From: an uncultured virus (IMG/VR IMGVR_UViG_3300035181_001402)
Taxonomy: Duplodnaviria; Heunggongvirae; Uroviricota; Caudoviricetes
Virus record (IMG/VR): IMGVR_UViG_3300035181_001402
Location: 108,097-128,096 of that record
Reading direction: 5' to 3' (one strand)
DNA length: 20,000 bases
Part shown: positions 17,048-20,000 of the stretch, one piece after another
Numbering within the stretch: position 1 is the stretch's first letter
Layout: each line of letters opens with the position of its first letter
Notes under the pieces: generated by a model
What the model was told of the DNA's origin: nothing
The model's input: only the letters and a program-made list of their open reading frames with translations
Databases searched by the model: none
Made by a program: the position numbers and the translations under genes

Positions 17048-17593
17048 ATGGGAATCCTCGATCGTTTCGTGAGTCGCGTCTGTGAAAAAGTCTCCAAGTG
17101 GGCCCCTTCGTGGCGCATGATCACCCGCGGGGACAACGAGCCCTACCTGGAAAGGTACTACTTCTTCCGGCGTGCATGGGTTCGAGAATGGTTCAAGACT
17201 CACGGCTGGGCAACCCCGAGATTCGTCGCCAAGATCCCCTCGCTCTACCTTCACCACTTCGTGGCGGGGGATGATGAGGTCGAGTTGCACAACCATCCCT
17301 TCAAGAGGAGCCTTGCGTTCGTCTTGACCGGGGGTTATCACGAGGAACGCAAGGTGGGGAATGAGGTCCACAGCCGGATCATCCTGCCCTGGTCCTTCAA
17401 CCTCATCGACGCCAACACCTTCCACAAGGTGGAACTGCTCAACAAGGAACTGGGTGCTTGGACCATCTTCCTCTCGGGAGAGCGAACCCAGCGCTGGGGC
17501 TTCTGGCATCCGGAGACGTTCGAGTACGTCGATTGGGAGCAGCATGTGGACGCCCGCCCCAACCCCGACGCCCGGCTTCACCATGCCCCCTAG
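17048..17593 (+). CDS. Cupin-fold (double-stranded beta-helix) metal-binding protein
   Basis: PYLERYY, LYLHHF, LHNHPF, VLTGGYHEE, FHKVEL, WTIFLSG.R..WGF pattern of phage cupin-like proteins. Confidence 0.8.
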   Translation: MGILDRFVSRVCEKVSKWAPSWRMITRGDNEPYLERYYFFRRAWVREWFKTHGWATPRFVAKIPSLYLHHFVAGDDEVELHNHPFKRSLAFVLTGGYHEERKVGNEVHSRIILPWSFNLIDANTFHKVELLNKELGAWTIFLSGERTQRWGFWHPETFEYVDWEQHVDARPNPDARLHHAP

Positions 17594-17594
17594 C

Positions 17595-18079
17595 ATGTGG
17601 GCTGGAGGCCCGCCCTATCCTCATTGGGTGGTCATCAACCAACTCGTCGAAACCACGGGAAGACACGGCCAAAGGTACGAACGGTCAGTCATTACCAGGA
17701 TCACTGACGGGATGGTTTACGTTTGGTCTAATACCGAACGTGGTGAGACTTGGTATCGAGCAGAGCATTTCGTTCACGAATGGAGGGTTGTGCCCCCGGA
17801 GCAACCCACGCGGGGAATTGGCTCTGTTTGGGCACACCACAGAACTGGGGAACGCGTCACAATCACGGAAATCTCACTGAACTATGTGAGTCACCGCAAC
17901 GAGGACGGCTTGATCAGGCAGAATCAAACCGTCGAGCACCTCCTCGCTTTTTACCAGCAAGTGCCGGCGAAGAGTGACATCGTCCCCGAGGACTATAGGT
18001 GGGAGCCCAAACCCGTCGAGCCCCCAAACCCGCACCGACATGGCATGAGCACCTCGATGACGAGGATGACTTCGACTAG
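17595..18079 (+). CDS. Hypothetical protein with two small beta domains; C-terminal tag (APTWHEHLDDEDDFD) reached by a -1 shift at 18021-18029
   Basis: Start 17583 or 17595; as written stops at 18095; the -1 frame encodes the tag and ends in a CTAG overlap. Confidence 0.7.
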
Positions 18080-18848
18080 ATGTCGTCTTCCTTGAGGAGC
18101 TGCTCCCAGGCAGTGGGCCAGAAGATGTGGACCTTGGGGGGCAGCCGGGGGAGGTACTCCATGTGGGGCTGGGAATGGCCCCACATGGAGTATCTCCCCA
18201 TCAGGTCAAACCTTCTCTCCCGAATATCTCCAATAGTGACCATGGGGGTCTCAGTCGGCTCGAACTCAGGGAGTTCAACGTGACGTCGCACCGCTTGCGT
18301 GTTGACAAATAGTCGCCCCGGTTGCTCCTCTGCCATACACTCCCGCGATACCCGATCCATGGCGTCGAAAGTCTGCCGGGACTCTTCCTCTCGTTGACGT
18401 TCTTGTGCGTACCTCTCTCGGGTCCGGATGACATCCTCCCATACAGGCTGTATCTGTTGCACGAAGTCTTCAGGGGGGATGATCGTACGAACAACCGCCA
18501 ACGGGTTTGCGTGGGTCGTCACGTAGGAGGGCGTGAAGGGTTCTCGGAAAATCGAGTACCTGTGGTCAGGGTTGGGCTCACCAACCCCATAGACGTTGCG
18601 GAGCGTCTCTTGGGAGACGCCCAGCCCTGCTTGGACCATCCGAAGCATGGTCTCCCTTTCCCCCGAGAGGTCGAGGGGCGAGGGCAACGGAGGAAGCGAC
18701 TGTAGGGGAGGTGCTGGGATGATAGGGAGTGCCGGAAGGAGCCCCAGCATCCTGAGAGATTCATTCGAACGCTCGCGGATGTCTCGGATCATCTGGTGTT
18801 CCAGGAGTCGCCGGATGAGAAGGACATCGGGGGGTCACGAGGAGGCAT
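18076..18848 (-). CDS. Hypothetical protein with C-terminal tag (WPTAWEQLLKEDDI); apparent frameshift in the G6 run 18829-18834
   Basis: ATG 18848 is 9 nt after GGTGTA; one extra C joins MPPRDP to DVLLIRRLLEHQMIRD. Confidence 0.7.
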
Positions 18849-18857
18849 GCTGCCCCC

Positions 18858-18879
18858 TACACCAACTTTTCGCGGTGTA
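18858..18879. promoter_or_regulatory. Divergent pair of GGTGTA elements
   Basis: 9 and 10 nt from the ATGs at 18848 (-) and 18890 (+); cgcggtgtactctaggg is identical to 16301-16317. Confidence 0.8.
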
Positions 18880-18889
18880 CTCTAGGGAG

Positions 18890-19363
18890 ATGGCCGACGA
18901 AGACCCGGATGACCTGAGCACGGACTGGAAGCTGATCGGAGGGCCTCCGCCCCCTCCTGAAGACCCTCCTGAGATCAGCGCGACCGAAGCCATCGAGCGC
19001 ATGGTGGTCGCCGCAGATCAATACTTGGCCATCCTGTCGGCAAGGGTGGAAAAGTCCCCCTCCATCACCATACAGGTACGGCATGCCAAGAACACTGAGG
19101 GGGGTATCGTCACGACCTGGTCTGCTCGGTATCACTCCGAATCGAATCCGGCCGTACACTTGGTCCCCAGCGAGCAGTTCCCCTCAATTGCCGAAGCCGT
19201 CAAGAGCTTGCAGAGCAACATGGCTACCATGCTCTCAAATCAGTTGGGGCTATGGCAGAAAGAGGCCGCCTCGCACCAACAACAGATGGAGGAGAAGTTC
19301 AAGATTGCTTCTGCCATCGCTTCGGTCTTGGGGAATTTGGGGGGCTCGCAGACGAAAGTCTAG
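18890..19363 (+). CDS. Hypothetical protein with C-terminal coiled coil
   Basis: ATG 10 nt after GGTGTA. Confidence 0.8.
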   Translation: MADEDPDDLSTDWKLIGGPPPPPEDPPEISATEAIERMVVAADQYLAILSARVEKSPSITIQVRHAKNTEGGIVTTWSARYHSESNPAVHLVPSEQFPSIAEAVKSLQSNMATMLSNQLGLWQKEAASHQQQMEEKFKIASAIASVLGNLGGSQTKV

Positions 19364-19398
19364 CCGTCTAGGCTGCGTCTGTGTTAACCTCGCCGGTT

Positions 19399-19749
19399 AT
19401 GGATTTCGACATTTCCGAACTCACCCCCGGCATTCAGAAGACGGTTCTTTGGCTCCACTCGCACGGGTTCGATACCTGTGACTCGGGAGATGGGGTGACG
19501 AACGTCGAGGCAGGAATGGAATGCGCGGGCTCAATCCCCAACGTCGCGATGAGGGTCGCCCCGTCGAGGCTGGCTGAGGAATCGGACAGGCTCTTCTCCC
19601 TGCTCCTCAAAGAGCACGGGATCGAGGTTCAGACGATGTCCGAGGAAAACGGAGAAAAGCCACACATCGAGGGAACGTACAGTCCCGCCGATGGTATGGC
19701 TTTCATCCTTCTGCTTGGCGTCTCCGACGAGATGCTTCGTCAGAGCTGA
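19399..19749 (+). CDS. Phage-type hypothetical protein (PGIxxxVxWLxxxGFxTxDSGDG)
   Basis: Motif pattern seen in many phage small proteins; gene-like codons. Confidence 0.75.
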   Translation: MDFDISELTPGIQKTVLWLHSHGFDTCDSGDGVTNVEAGMECAGSIPNVAMRVAPSRLAEESDRLFSLLLKEHGIEVQTMSEENGEKPHIEGTYSPADGMAFILLLGVSDEMLRQS

Positions 19750-20000
19750 ATTTTCACCTGAGCGTAGGCGAGCGCATCAGCCCACCCCTCTTCGGAAGCG
19801 GGGAATCGAGCCGAGGGGCCCGGAGCCTCCGTGGCGTCACGAGAGGCCTTCTTGGAGTCTCGGAAGTGCGGGTCGATGGTTCGCCAGCGCATCGCGTCCA
19901 GAGCCGAGACACCCAGATAGACGAGCACCTTCACCCCCTCGTAGCTGCATGACTTGCAGTTGCGGTTGGACGACACCTTGTCATCAAGGTGTCGTCCAAC
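19740..20000 (-). CDS. Phage-type hypothetical protein, 5' end beyond the window (YEGxKxLV..DPHF..PxARF..GW)
   Basis: Frame is open to the window edge. Confidence 0.7.
   Translation of the reverse strand, partial: VGRHLDDKVSSNRNCKSCSYEGVKVLVYLGVSALDAMRWRTIDPHFRDSKKASRDATEAPGPSARFPASEEGWADALAYAQVKIQL
19965..20000. repeat. Perfect inverted repeat of at least 16 bp with a 4-nt spacer
   Basis: gttggacgacaccttg-tcat-caaggtgtcgtccaac; runs to the window edge. Confidence 0.9.

Noticed and set aside
933..18848. Tag as a DNA repeat, attC-like site or DGR variable region
   Set aside because: The nucleotide sequences differ at synonymous positions, and no palindromic cassette ends, template repeat or reverse transcriptase are present in the window.
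879..18879. GGTGTA as a Shine-Dalgarno variant
   Set aside because: The invariant TA does not pair with the 16S tail (GGTGA expected), the spacing is too long, and copies also lie 44-106 nt upstream of genes, several of which have their own RBS. Disfavoured, not excluded.
1..20000. Stop-codon reassignment
   Set aside because: TAG, TGA and TAA all end genes at coherent positions (tags, overlaps); the breaks are indels, not in-frame stops.

Overview
GC-rich, densely coding window with about 38 short genes on both strands, almost all of unknown function. It looks like an accessory region of a large (jumbo-type) phage or phage-like element. The Ser/Gly-linker, Cys-rich lipoproteins suggest a myxobacterial (Polyangiaceae-like) host, which is an inference. 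Recognisable products: a MazG-like pyrophosphohydrolase, a stand-alone Ycf46-like N-terminal AAA region, a TPM-domain membrane protein, a DUF2325-like protein, a cupin-fold protein, two lipoproteins, a small beta-barrel protein and several Zn-finger proteins. Two window-wide signals stand out. (1) Eleven mostly unrelated proteins end in the same short peptide tag, about P-T-[AWSV]-W-[ED]-x-[LIV]-x-[DE]-[DE]-[DFL], and it also occurs at one or two N-termini. (2) The hexamer GGTGTA lies upstream of 19 genes, 13 of them 9-11 nt before the ATG, consistent with a dedicated promoter driving leaderless mRNAs. Several genes are broken by 1-nt indels in homopolymers, probably sequencing errors. No rRNA, tRNA, CRISPR array, integrase or transposase was seen. 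All family calls come from motif recognition, not database searches.
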